From Candidatus Latescibacterota bacterium (GTDB taxonomy: Bacteria > Latescibacterota > UBA2968 > GCA-2709665), in NCBI GenBank assembly GCA_965205485.1, contig OZ242180.1, forward strand, positions 3,616,001 through 3,680,000: a DNA stretch of 64,000 nt, written 5' to 3'. Of this stretch, positions 48,578-57,229 are shown piece by piece. The position numbers were made by a program, and so were the translations under genes. Position 1 is the first letter of the stretch; every line of letters starts with the position of its first letter. The notes beneath the pieces were generated by a model. The model had not been told where the DNA came from. It searched no databases and saw only the letters and a program-made list of their open reading frames with translations.

Positions 48578-49444
48578 ATGAACAAGAGGTATGCCCCTGT
48601 AGAGAGGTGCATCTACTGCGGTACAAACGAAGGACCTCTTGGTGACGAGCACATTGTCCCGCTTGCGCTCGGTGGCCGACTAATCCTGCCTAAATCAAGT
48701 TGTAGAGATTGCGAGAAGATAATAAATCGTCAGGTCGAAGGGCCAATCTTACAGAGTGAATGGGGAGATTTCCGGATTAAACACAATTTTCCGACGCGAA
48801 ACAAGAAAGGTCGACGTTCTACATCCGAGTTACGTCGGCCCGACGGATCGAAAATGCGCATTCCCATCCGCGAACACGCAACGCCTGTTCCTTTATATCA
48901 ATTCCGGGATGCACGTTTACTTTCAGGAGGTCAGGCTCGCGAAAACGACTTTACAGTATCCATGCTTGCAAGTCACACAGACGAAATGGCGATGCAGAAG
49001 AGGCATGAAGAGTGGGACCGTACGCATACATTCGTGGCTGAGCCATACCGATTTGCTCGATGGATCGCGAAGATTGCATATAGCTATGCAGTTGCAGAAC
49101 TCGGAGGAAGGTTGTTCATGCCTCTTGTTACTGATGTGATTCTTGGGAAATCCGAAGACGTTCTGTCCATCGTCGGAGGATCCAAGTCTCCGCACAAAGG
49201 AACTCTTTCTGGAACAATCGAAGTAAAGACCAGCTTTCAAATTGAAGTACGAACAGCGCAATATGGTATGGGATTGGTAGGACTCTTGATCGTACACGTG
49301 CAATTGCTAGAACCGTTAGCGATACCCTCGTACCACACTGTGGTTGGCATCATTGACTTTGCGAATCCCCATCATTGCGAGGAATTCGAAAAATTCCGCG
49401 TGCAGCATCGATGGCAGCCAAATGAAATTGGAGGAAGTGCGTAG
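48578..49444 (+). CDS. HNH (HNH_5-like) endonuclease domain protein
   Basis: CIYCG...DEHIVPLALGG...SCRDCE, then AKIAY. Low GC. Confidence 0.75.
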   Translation: MNKRYAPVERCIYCGTNEGPLGDEHIVPLALGGRLILPKSSCRDCEKIINRQVEGPILQSEWGDFRIKHNFPTRNKKGRRSTSELRRPDGSKMRIPIREHATPVPLYQFRDARLLSGGQARENDFTVSMLASHTDEMAMQKRHEEWDRTHTFVAEPYRFARWIAKIAYSYAVAELGGRLFMPLVTDVILGKSEDVLSIVGGSKSPHKGTLSGTIEVKTSFQIEVRTAQYGMGLVGLLIVHVQLLEPLAIPSYHTVVGIIDFANPHHCEEFEKFRVQHRWQPNEIGGSA

Positions 49445-49557
49445 ACTTGGGAAAGGGACTTCCGACGGGTTCCGCTAACTCCACCTATCTTTCGCATTCT
49501 AGCGGGATATCGGAGTATATTCGGCGGGCGGGTAGAAGCTTGGCAGCAGATACGGAC

Positions 49558-49600
49558 CGCGGAAGCGGGTGGATTCTTCTACCCCGTTCCGCGTTTCTTT
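49558..49600. terminator. Hairpin between convergent genes
   Basis: CGCGGAA-GCGGGTGGA...TCTACCCCG-TTCCGCG followed by TTTCTTT. Confidence 0.45.
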
Positions 49601-50888
49601 ATGTCCGGTTTGACAGCACTTCCTTCTCGTACGCTTCCATTTCCGGAATCCAGGCGACGCCGGGGGGGACGCCGGTTTTCAGACAGGCCATGTCCCATAC
49701 GGCGGAAAAGGGCATGGTTTTCATGTCTTCCATCAGGGCCAGCTTCTGCGCCAGTTTGCCCTCCCGTTCCAGTTCCTTCAGTTGCCGCGTGGGATCGAGC
49801 AGCGCGTAGAGGATGGCTTTCCGCGTCGCGCGGGCGCCGATGACGTAGGCGCCAATGCGGTTGATGCTGGCGTCAAAGAAGTCCAGGGCCACGTACACGC
49901 GGTCCAGGGCGTTGCAGCGGACAATCTCGAGAAAGACGTTGCGTACATCGTCCCCGAACAGAACGACGTGGTCCGAATCCCAGCGGATGGGCCGGCTCGT
50001 GTGGATGAGCAGCCTTTCGTGGAAGGGAAGGTGCGAGGAAATCTTGTCCGCGATGGATTCCGTGGGGTGGAAGTGGCCCATGTCCAGGCAGAGAACCGCG
50101 CCCCGAGACAGGGCGTAGTTCGCGTAGAAGTCGTTTGAGCCCGCTGTGTAGTCTTCCACGCCCAGGCCGAAGAGCTTGCCCTCGACGGCGTCCACGCAGG
50201 CCGGTCCGATGCCCAGCGAGGGATCCAGGACGGCGTCCAGGGATTCCACGAGGCGTTCACGGGGTCCGATTCGGTCCGCCGGATGGTCCTTGGCGCCGTC
50301 GGGAATCCAGTGGTTGTTCACGCACACGTCGTCCAGCGCAAGCCCCATCGCTTCCGCGATCCACCGGCTAGCCACGCCGTGGCGAATCCAGAATTCCCGG
50401 ACTTCCACCTCCGGATGGGCCAGGGTGTACCCGTCATTCGCCTTCGGATGGGCGAAATACGTGGGGTTGAAGTCCAGCCCGACCCCGTTTTCCTTCGCCC
50501 ACGTTATCCAGCCGGCGAAGTGTTCGGGTTCGAGCCTGTCGCGGTCCACGATTTTACCGCCCGTGTCGCCGTAGGAAGCGTGGACGTTCGCGCGGTGCCT
50601 CCCCGGCAACAGGTCGATCGCCTGTTTCAGATCGGCCCGCAGCTCATCCCCGTTTCGGGCCCGGCCCGGATAGTTCCCGGTGGCCATGATGCCGCCGCCC
50701 TCCACGGCTTCGTCCTTCGTCTCGAACCCCGCCACGTCGTCGGCCTGCCAGCAGTGAAGCGATATGGGCACATCGGCTGCCTTTTCCACGGCTTCGTGCG
50801 TGTTCACGCCGAAGGCGGCGTACTGTTCGGCGGCCTCCTGAAAGGCGGCCTCGATCTGCGCGTCGGTCCGCGTCGTCTGGTATTGCAT
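49599..50888 (-). CDS. rhaA: L-rhamnose isomerase
   Basis: ISLHCWQADDVAGFE, ATGNYPGRARN, GLDFNPTYFAHP, LDMGHFHPTE, RWDSDHVV. Confidence 0.95.
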   Translation of the reverse strand: MQYQTTRTDAQIEAAFQEAAEQYAAFGVNTHEAVEKAADVPISLHCWQADDVAGFETKDEAVEGGGIMATGNYPGRARNGDELRADLKQAIDLLPGRHRANVHASYGDTGGKIVDRDRLEPEHFAGWITWAKENGVGLDFNPTYFAHPKANDGYTLAHPEVEVREFWIRHGVASRWIAEAMGLALDDVCVNNHWIPDGAKDHPADRIGPRERLVESLDAVLDPSLGIGPACVDAVEGKLFGLGVEDYTAGSNDFYANYALSRGAVLCLDMGHFHPTESIADKISSHLPFHERLLIHTSRPIRWDSDHVVLFGDDVRNVFLEIVRCNALDRVYVALDFFDASINRIGAYVIGARATRKAILYALLDPTRQLKELEREGKLAQKLALMEDMKTMPFSAVWDMACLKTGVPPGVAWIPEMEAYEKEVLSNRT

Positions 50889-51004
50889 CCGGATTCTCCC
50901 TGACGGTTTACCGGGAAAATGGGGCGTTCCCTGGTACCTGCCGATTTTCGCCCGATTCCCGCATGGAACAGGCAGGCAGTGAAATCGCGTGGTGTCTTCG
51001 ATAG

Positions 51005-51394
51005 CTATCTAACACCCGGCAGCGCTGCGACCTTATCCTGAAGCCACGCCTTCAACCCGGCGAACCGGAATGACCCGGCTTCCAGGTTCCCTACGATAAA
51101 CGCGTATGCCTCATCGTCGTCACAGTCGATAAAGTGGCCGTTCAGACGCAGGAAGGTGTCGGTGACAAAAAAGGCCGCCCGTTTGTTGCCGTCCACAAAA
51201 GGATGGTTGTTGGCGAGGCTCTCCATGAGGGCGGCGGCCTGGTCGATCAGACCGTCGTAGTATCCAAGCTGCGGACGCATGAGCGCCGACGCGAGCGCGC
51301 CTTCATCACGTATTCCAGGTGCCCCGCCAAACGTGCTGATCAGGGCGTCGTGCATGACCAGGACTTCCTGTATGGTGGGGAAGTCGTGGGTCAT
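51005..51394 (-). CDS. Doc/Fic family toxin
   Basis: GIRDEGALASAL.RP...NHPFVDGNKRAA. Confidence 0.9.
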   Translation of the reverse strand: MTHDFPTIQEVLVMHDALISTFGGAPGIRDEGALASALMRPQLGYYDGLIDQAAALMESLANNHPFVDGNKRAAFFVTDTFLRLNGHFIDCDDDEAYAFIVGNLEAGSFRFAGLKAWLQDKVAALPGVR

Positions 51395-51618
51395 CTGGCC
51401 AGCATTTCACCCAGACGGCGATGTCTTTCCACGCTGGCCTGAAAGTGGGCCATGATCTCAGCGCGCGGCTTCTCCCGGGTGCGGTTATCGATGTATTCCC
51501 GCATGGCCTCTTCCAGCACTACCTGAAAGTGACGACCCTCCATGCGGGCAATCTCCCGCATGGTGCCCAACAGCTCGGGGGCAACCTGGCTGGAGAATTT
51601 CTCTCTTGGCATATTCAT
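51391..51618 (-). CDS. Antitoxin partner of Doc (RHH-like)
   Basis: EKFSSQV...LEEAMREYI. ATGA overlap with doc. Confidence 0.7.
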   Translation of the reverse strand: MNMPREKFSSQVAPELLGTMREIARMEGRHFQVVLEEAMREYIDNRTREKPRAEIMAHFQASVERHRRLGEMLAR

Positions 51619-51666
51619 AACCGAACGACTCCGTTTTTATTCAAAAATGGGCCTTCGAAGTCCGGC

Positions 51667-51684
51667 TGTCAAGATTTATCTTGA
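51667..51684 (-). promoter_or_regulatory. Palindromic operator overlapping a -35 box of the antitoxin-doc operon
   Basis: TCAAGAT-TT-ATCTTGA at 51669-51684, and TTGACA on the minus strand at 51667-51672. Confidence 0.55.
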
Positions 51685-51789
51685 TAAAAATGGGTAAATG
51701 AACCGCGTTGTCGATCAGGAACCCGTTATCTTTCGATGTCGTGATCCGGGATCTCTCTAATATCCGTGTCCGTATCGCCTTGCCGCCTG

Positions 51790-52740
51790 TCAGCCAATTA
51801 GCGCCTGCAATTCGGGCAGGAGGTAGGCGAGGGCGATGCTGACGAGCAGCCCGCCGGTAATTTTGACGAAGTCCGTTGCGACAAGCCGCGTCACTTCCCT
51901 GCGGCTGCGGTGGCGCTGATTCCAGGCGACCGCGATTTCGCGTCCGGCCAGGAGGCCGACGAAGACCCAGGTCGTGCTCATCGGCAGCTTGCTGACCTCT
52001 TTAAACAGCAAAAGCACGATGCCGTAAATCAGGTCGACAAAAGTCGCTGACCGGATGTCGGTGGTATTGGTCTTGGTGAGCACCACCTTCTGGATGGCGC
52101 CGCCGTGGTTGTAGAAGATAATGGCATGCAGGGCCAGCATGACCACCAGCGAAAGAAAGAACCATTCCGCGGTCAGGCTGCGTGGAAGGAAAACGAAGAT
52201 ATTGGCCAGGTCCTGTATCAGCCATTGGCTCCACAGGAAGCCGGTGGAACACCACTGCGCCACCACCCACCAGCCGGTCGTGGGTCCCTCTGTTTTGTGG
52301 AAGCGGGATTCGATTGTCCCGGTGACCCATCGGTAGATCAGAATTGCCGCGATGAAGGCCGTTGCATACCCGGCGAGCGATTTGACCAGCATGGCCGGCA
52401 GCGCCTTCGGCGCAAAGATCGTCAGGGTGAGAAACGTGGTGCTTACGGGAATGCCCCAACGTGTCAGAAGGAGCAGGACGAACGGAGGAACGCAGTAAAT
52501 CCAGGTCCACTGTTCGGGTTCGGGGATCTTCTCCAGCCTGCCGTAGGAGACGTCGTCGTGCATCCACCACCCGTAGACGAGGACGACGATCAGAATACTG
52601 CATGCAAAGATCCAGAGTACCCACCAGGGGCGTCTGGCATTGGAACTGAGAAAGGTCCCGAGTGTCTGGATTGCGTCGTTTCCAACAATGGAATAGGCGC
52701 CAAGCAAAAATCCGACAACCATGATCACTTCCTGACTCAA
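51790..52740 (-). CDS. Polytopic membrane protein, distant PiT/PHO4-like transporter
   Basis: GNDAIQTLGTF, GIPVSTTF, QDLAN, PMSTTWVFVGLLAG. Confidence 0.6.
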   Translation of the reverse strand: MSQEVIMVVGFLLGAYSIVGNDAIQTLGTFLSSNARRPWWVLWIFACSILIVVLVYGWWMHDDVSYGRLEKIPEPEQWTWIYCVPPFVLLLLTRWGIPVSTTFLTLTIFAPKALPAMLVKSLAGYATAFIAAILIYRWVTGTIESRFHKTEGPTTGWWVVAQWCSTGFLWSQWLIQDLANIFVFLPRSLTAEWFFLSLVVMLALHAIIFYNHGGAIQKVVLTKTNTTDIRSATFVDLIYGIVLLLFKEVSKLPMSTTWVFVGLLAGREIAVAWNQRHRSRREVTRLVATDFVKITGGLLVSIALAYLLPELQALIG

Positions 52741-52939
52741 AGCGGTTCTCCTCCGTTCGAAAGGGTTTTGCAGGCGGCAATTGTGGACCGGGCATATTGT
52801 CTCCTGCCTGTCGACGGAGACGGTGTCCGGATCTGACGCCTGCGGTAAATCCGGACGTCAAAGTAAGGTGTGTCGAAAGATCGTTTACCATGGGAATCAC
52901 GCTGTTCGCCGGCTGATATTGCCGTCGACTGATTTCGAA

Positions 52940-54088
52940 TCAATTCGGGCAGTCCTGATCCACAAGTTCGCCTGATTTCACAGTGGCCAGCGGTTCCCAC
53001 GAGCCGCCGGAACGTTCGACGCCGAGGACGTCGGAAAGGCGTCCGTCGGGGTTCCACCGCAAAACCGCGATATCGGCGCACGCGCCGGGCGCCAGTGTGC
53101 CCACCTCGCCCGTCAGCCCCAGTAACTCGGCGGGCCTGGCCGTCGCCCGCGCGAACACTTCCGCTTCGGGCATGCCCGCGGCGACATACTTGGACATCGT
53201 CCTGGGCAGGTGGTGGGGCGGGTCGGCGCCCACGTGCGCATTGTACTGGTCGGTGGAAATCGTATCGGGGTAGAATCCCTCGGCGATGGCCTGTTCCGCG
53301 TGCGGAAAGCTGAAGGACTGCATCCCGTGGCAGCCGTCGAAAAGGACGCCCCGGTCGCGGGCGTCACGGACCGCGCGCCGCACCTCTCCGCCGGCGATGA
53401 TGTTGTCCGGACGGGGGCTGAACGTGTACGTGAAGAGGTCTCCCGCGCGCAGGAGCGACAGTTGTTCTCCGAGCGGAAAGTCGACGTTGAAACGGGGCCC
53501 GTAGAGGATCGGGCGCCCGCTGCGTTCGGCCGCTTCGACGCCACGGCGCATGATCTCCCGGGGGTCGTGGGCGAGGCGTGGCTCGAGTACCGTGTTGAAG
53601 GCGATGCCCCAGATGTCCTCGCCCGCTTCAGCGATCGTATCTACGCAGAGATCGACGTCCGCGTTCTCGAGGCGCTCGAAACAGTGATCGGGCGGCGACT
53701 CACCGGATTTCGACAGGTGAAGCGCGAGCCGCACCCGCGTGCGGCAACCCTGGATGACCTCCTCGCGATAGGCAGGCCAGTTGAGAGCGCCGGCATCGCC
53801 TTGCGACAAACACGTGGTGACCCCGTGTGGAAGAAAATGCGTATCGGGATCCACGCCGAACCGGGAACCGCCCCGTGCCGGATGGGCGTGCATGTCAACC
53901 AGGCCCGGCAGAAGCAGGGCGTCGGGGTAGTCGAGATTCAGACCCGCGGTTCCTTTGACGTCGGGACCGGCTGCGACAATCCGGTCGCCCCTTACGGCGA
54001 CGGCGCCCGGGCCGTCCCGACCGGTGTCGGCGCAGAATACACGCTCGGCTGAAATCAGAAGGTCATAGTCTTCGGCTGTTTCGGACAT
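52940..54088 (-). CDS. Amidohydrolase superfamily enzyme (dihydroorotase/deacetylase-like)
   Basis: PGLVDMHAH, DAG, HGMQSFSF, PDTISTD, GTLAPGACADIAVL. SD AAGGA. Confidence 0.8.
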   Translation of the reverse strand: MSETAEDYDLLISAERVFCADTGRDGPGAVAVRGDRIVAAGPDVKGTAGLNLDYPDALLLPGLVDMHAHPARGGSRFGVDPDTHFLPHGVTTCLSQGDAGALNWPAYREEVIQGCRTRVRLALHLSKSGESPPDHCFERLENADVDLCVDTIAEAGEDIWGIAFNTVLEPRLAHDPREIMRRGVEAAERSGRPILYGPRFNVDFPLGEQLSLLRAGDLFTYTFSPRPDNIIAGGEVRRAVRDARDRGVLFDGCHGMQSFSFPHAEQAIAEGFYPDTISTDQYNAHVGADPPHHLPRTMSKYVAAGMPEAEVFARATARPAELLGLTGEVGTLAPGACADIAVLRWNPDGRLSDVLGVERSGGSWEPLATVKSGELVDQDCPN

Positions 54089-54183
54089 CGATCGTTCCTT
54101 TTCGGTGGAAGAAATGGTTGGGATACGTCCGCCAGATAGGGGGATCGGGGACGCATGCGGGAATTCCCCGGCGTTCCGGTTCC

Positions 54184-55714
54184 TCAGTTGCACGCGTTCA
54201 AACGCATTCCGCCAATCTCTATAGCGCTGCCACCAGTACGCGTGCACTCGATCGTGACATTCACCAGAGATGCTCCGGCCGGCACTGTGACCGTGGCGTG
54301 TTGTTGGGTCCATTCGGGGTTTTTGTTGAAAACGCGTGTTTCTGCGTCGTTTCGACCTCGAAGAACCGAAACGTCGCCTCGATGCCGGCCCCAGGATGTC
54401 CGCGTGTCCAGACCGAAAAGGTATTCGCGCCTCTTTCCAGACCGCCCAACCCATCAACGCTGCAGATTGTCCCGACATTCCGTACAGTCAGGAAAACACC
54501 GATGGCATCAGGTCCTCCGTCGTTCCGGACCACTTCTGCCGGCAGCATGTCGTATCCGTCCGGAACGCCGTCCGCATTCAGATCGACACTCAATTCGGGA
54601 AACACATTCACTAAAGCGGATCCGGTCGTTGTACGATAGAGAATCGTCCGCCCACTCCGAATACGTCCTCACCGGGACACGGTTGTCCCTGCACCAGGAC
54701 AGCATCCGGTCGACCCGCTCGAGATAGCCGCCCCAGCCGTCCGGCATGACGTGCTCCCAGAAGTGGCTGTGGCCGATGAGCACGCGGTGCCCGGCGATCC
54801 CGTCCGCGATTCGTTTCAGGTTCCAATCCAGGTCCCGCGCCTCGTCATCGAAGTCGCCCCACTGCATACCGAAACGCTTGTCCCCATTGGGATCATCCTC
54901 GTTGAAGCACTTCAGAGACCGGTCGGGGTAGGTCGCGGCGGCGACGTATCCGTACAAGATCTCCGAAACACGCTTTGACGTCTCCACGCCAGAAGTCGGA
55001 GCACCCTCCGGAGCCGGGCTGTATCCACGTCACGGGACGATCAAGGCCAATCTCGTCAAACAATTCGAGCGACGACTCGGCCAGAAGCCTGCGCGCGTCC
55101 AGCGTCATCCGGACGTCCGCCTTGCTCAGCTTGTAGAAGACCACGTCCCGTAATTCGCCCAGATCGACGTTGTCTTCGTCCCAGAAACTGCGCAGCGCCA
55201 ATACGACGTCGCCCGATCGTTCGATCTGTCTGAACCGAAACACACTGTCTATATGGGGAACGTAGACGGCGATGAATCTCGTCTGGTTCGGGTCGTTCAG
55301 GACGCCAGGCGTCCGGCTTCTCATCAGATTGCCCGAAATATCCGCGCGATATTCCGGCAGCAACGAAGGGTCGATCGCTTCAGGCGTCAGGTAGACGTGA
55401 TTTGCATCCACGTGGTCGACGCCCGGCGTCGCGCGCCAGGCATCGGCGTCGGCGCCTTGAGGGAGCGGGAGCTTGTCCACGCTGTGAAGGGGCGTGTGGT
55501 CCATGATTTCGTGCCCCCGGTCCTGCAACGACCTGACCAGCCTCGTATAGTCCTCGTCTCCGGCCATTCTCCCCGGGCACAACGCGGCGCAGAACTTGAA
55601 CCCGTACCGGTTGAAAACCTCCGCGAACTCGATCCATTGCCGTATCGGCTTGTTGTCGTCCACGCGAAAGCAGATGCCTCCGCGTTTGTCTGTTCTCACG
55701 TTTCCAGAATCCAC
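54184..55714 (-). pseudogene. Polysaccharide deacetylase-like gene broken by three frameshifts
   Basis: FRVDD...GHEIMDHTPLH in 54893-55714. Continues in 54508-54987 (GHSHFW), then 54261-54611 (DLNADGVPDGY), then a final frame ending at TGA 54184. Confidence 0.6.
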
Positions 55715-55948
55715 GTAGACCTTCTGGCAACCGGCTTTCGTTCAATTGGAATATTGCCCTGGCATCAGTCGAATCTCAATTGAAAGACCGCGCATGCCTG
55801 CTGTTTCGTATTCCGCGTTCATCCAATGCACGCCGGCCGGGCGTGGTGCCTCTTTCGATCCGACCGAATTCTTCTTACCATGACGTGTCATACGGGTTCC
55901 ATTCGAGGCAGTATCAATCCAGGATCCTTCACACCAGGGAGCGTCCCG

Positions 55949-56266
55949 ATGATCTACGAACACCGCATCTACAGAGTCCCGGAAGGCCGGATGCCGGACA
56001 TCCTCAGCCGGTTTGAAAACATTACATTCGACCTGTTTGACCGGCACGGCATCAGAGTCTCCGGTTTCTGGACGCGAAAATATGCCAATGAGCTGATCTA
56101 CCTCTGTGAATTTGAAAGCGAAGAGGCGATGGACGCCGCGTGGGATGCATTCCGCGCGGATCCAGACTGGATCGCGGCGCGGGAACGAACCGAAGCCAAC
56201 GGACCCATCGTAGATGAGGTTATCTCAGACGTCCTCATCCCAACCTCCTTCTCGCCGATGCAATAG
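55949..56266 (+). CDS. NIPSNAP family protein
   Basis: MIYEHRIY...FDRHGIRVSGFW...WDAFRADPDW...PTSFSPMQ. Confidence 0.85.
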   Translation: MIYEHRIYRVPEGRMPDILSRFENITFDLFDRHGIRVSGFWTRKYANELIYLCEFESEEAMDAAWDAFRADPDWIAARERTEANGPIVDEVISDVLIPTSFSPMQ

Positions 56267-56294
56267 GCGCGGTTCCGATTGAAGCCCCACACCG

Positions 56295-56624
56295 TCATTT
56301 GGGGGGAAGCGAACGGACGTAATCCACCGCTCTGTACACCCAGTCCGTCAGGTCTTCGTCCGATTCGATTGCGGGCGGCTCCACCATCGCCCATCCCTTC
56401 ATGACGCGCCCCGTAATGTCGAACGGCCGCGTGTGCGGCTCGGCAAGTGTCCGTTCGTGGTGTGCCCTGTCGAGACGGACAATCAGGGACCCCTTCCACG
56501 TGCCTGCGCACATGTTGCCGCCGATCATGAAGCAGACCCCTCCGAACATCCTCTTCTCGGAGAATCCGTCCTCGTCAATCAGGATCGTCCGTATCCGACT
56601 GACGAGTTCCTCGTCGCCTGCCAT
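56295..56624 (-). CDS. TfoX/Sxy N-terminal family protein
   Basis: EKRMFGGVCFMIGGNM...FDITGRVMKGWAMV...SLPPK. Confidence 0.85.
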   Translation of the reverse strand: MAGDEELVSRIRTILIDEDGFSEKRMFGGVCFMIGGNMCAGTWKGSLIVRLDRAHHERTLAEPHTRPFDITGRVMKGWAMVEPPAIESDEDLTDWVYRAVDYVRSLPPK

Positions 56625-56627
56625 TCG

Positions 56628-57194
56628 CTATATCTCCTCGAACAGCTGTCTCAGTCTGAATACCGTGTTGTGATTTCGGGCGGTGAGCTTCTGATACTCC
56701 GGTGATCCCGGCAGCTTCACCCACGTGGACCGGGTCGGTCGTGTCCTGGATACCGACCAGTAGATCACGCCGGGCCCTGACGTCACGGTCTCCCACTCCG
56801 GCCGCGGCGATGGGAGCCGGGCAAGGATGTCCTCCGGTCGTGCTCCGGCCAGCGTAAAGAGCGCGTGGTGCATCCGCTCGTCGTCTTGTCCCCAATCCTC
56901 GGGCGCCGCGTCAACCGCGGTTCGATATGACTTTCTGGACAGGACGACAGCGCGCGCGTTATACGAAAAACGTGCCGAAAGCGCGCTTTCGACTTCGTCC
57001 GCGAGCGCCGGTTCATCGGAATTGGTCGACCGAAACAGGATGTTACCGGTCTGGATGTAGGTGCGGACGCTGAGGAATCCCATGTCCTCAAAGCAGCCGC
57101 GGAGCGCGTCTTTGGGAACGATGTTCTTCCCGCCGACGTTCACCCCGCGCAGGAGCGCCAGAAATCGGGGATGTGCTCTCTCTTCGCGTGACAT
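56628..57194 (-). CDS. DUF1697 domain protein
   Basis: ALLRGVNVGG...VRTYIQTGNILF...TARNHNTV. Confidence 0.88.
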   Translation of the reverse strand: MSREERAHPRFLALLRGVNVGGKNIVPKDALRGCFEDMGFLSVRTYIQTGNILFRSTNSDEPALADEVESALSARFSYNARAVVLSRKSYRTAVDAAPEDWGQDDERMHHALFTLAGARPEDILARLPSPRPEWETVTSGPGVIYWSVSRTRPTRSTWVKLPGSPEYQKLTARNHNTVFRLRQLFEEI

Positions 57195-57229
57195 CTGTAC
57201 TACACTCCCGTCGGCGACGAAGCGTGAGG

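Noticed and set aside
52780..52900. Structured leader or riboswitch upstream of the PiT-like gene
   Set aside because: There are two GC-rich hairpins but no recognisable conserved motif, so it cannot be supported without a covariance search.
54089..54478. N-terminal extension of the 512-aa amidohydrolase ORF
   Set aside because: It overlaps the tail of the frameshifted upstream gene. SD and domain start support ATG 54088.
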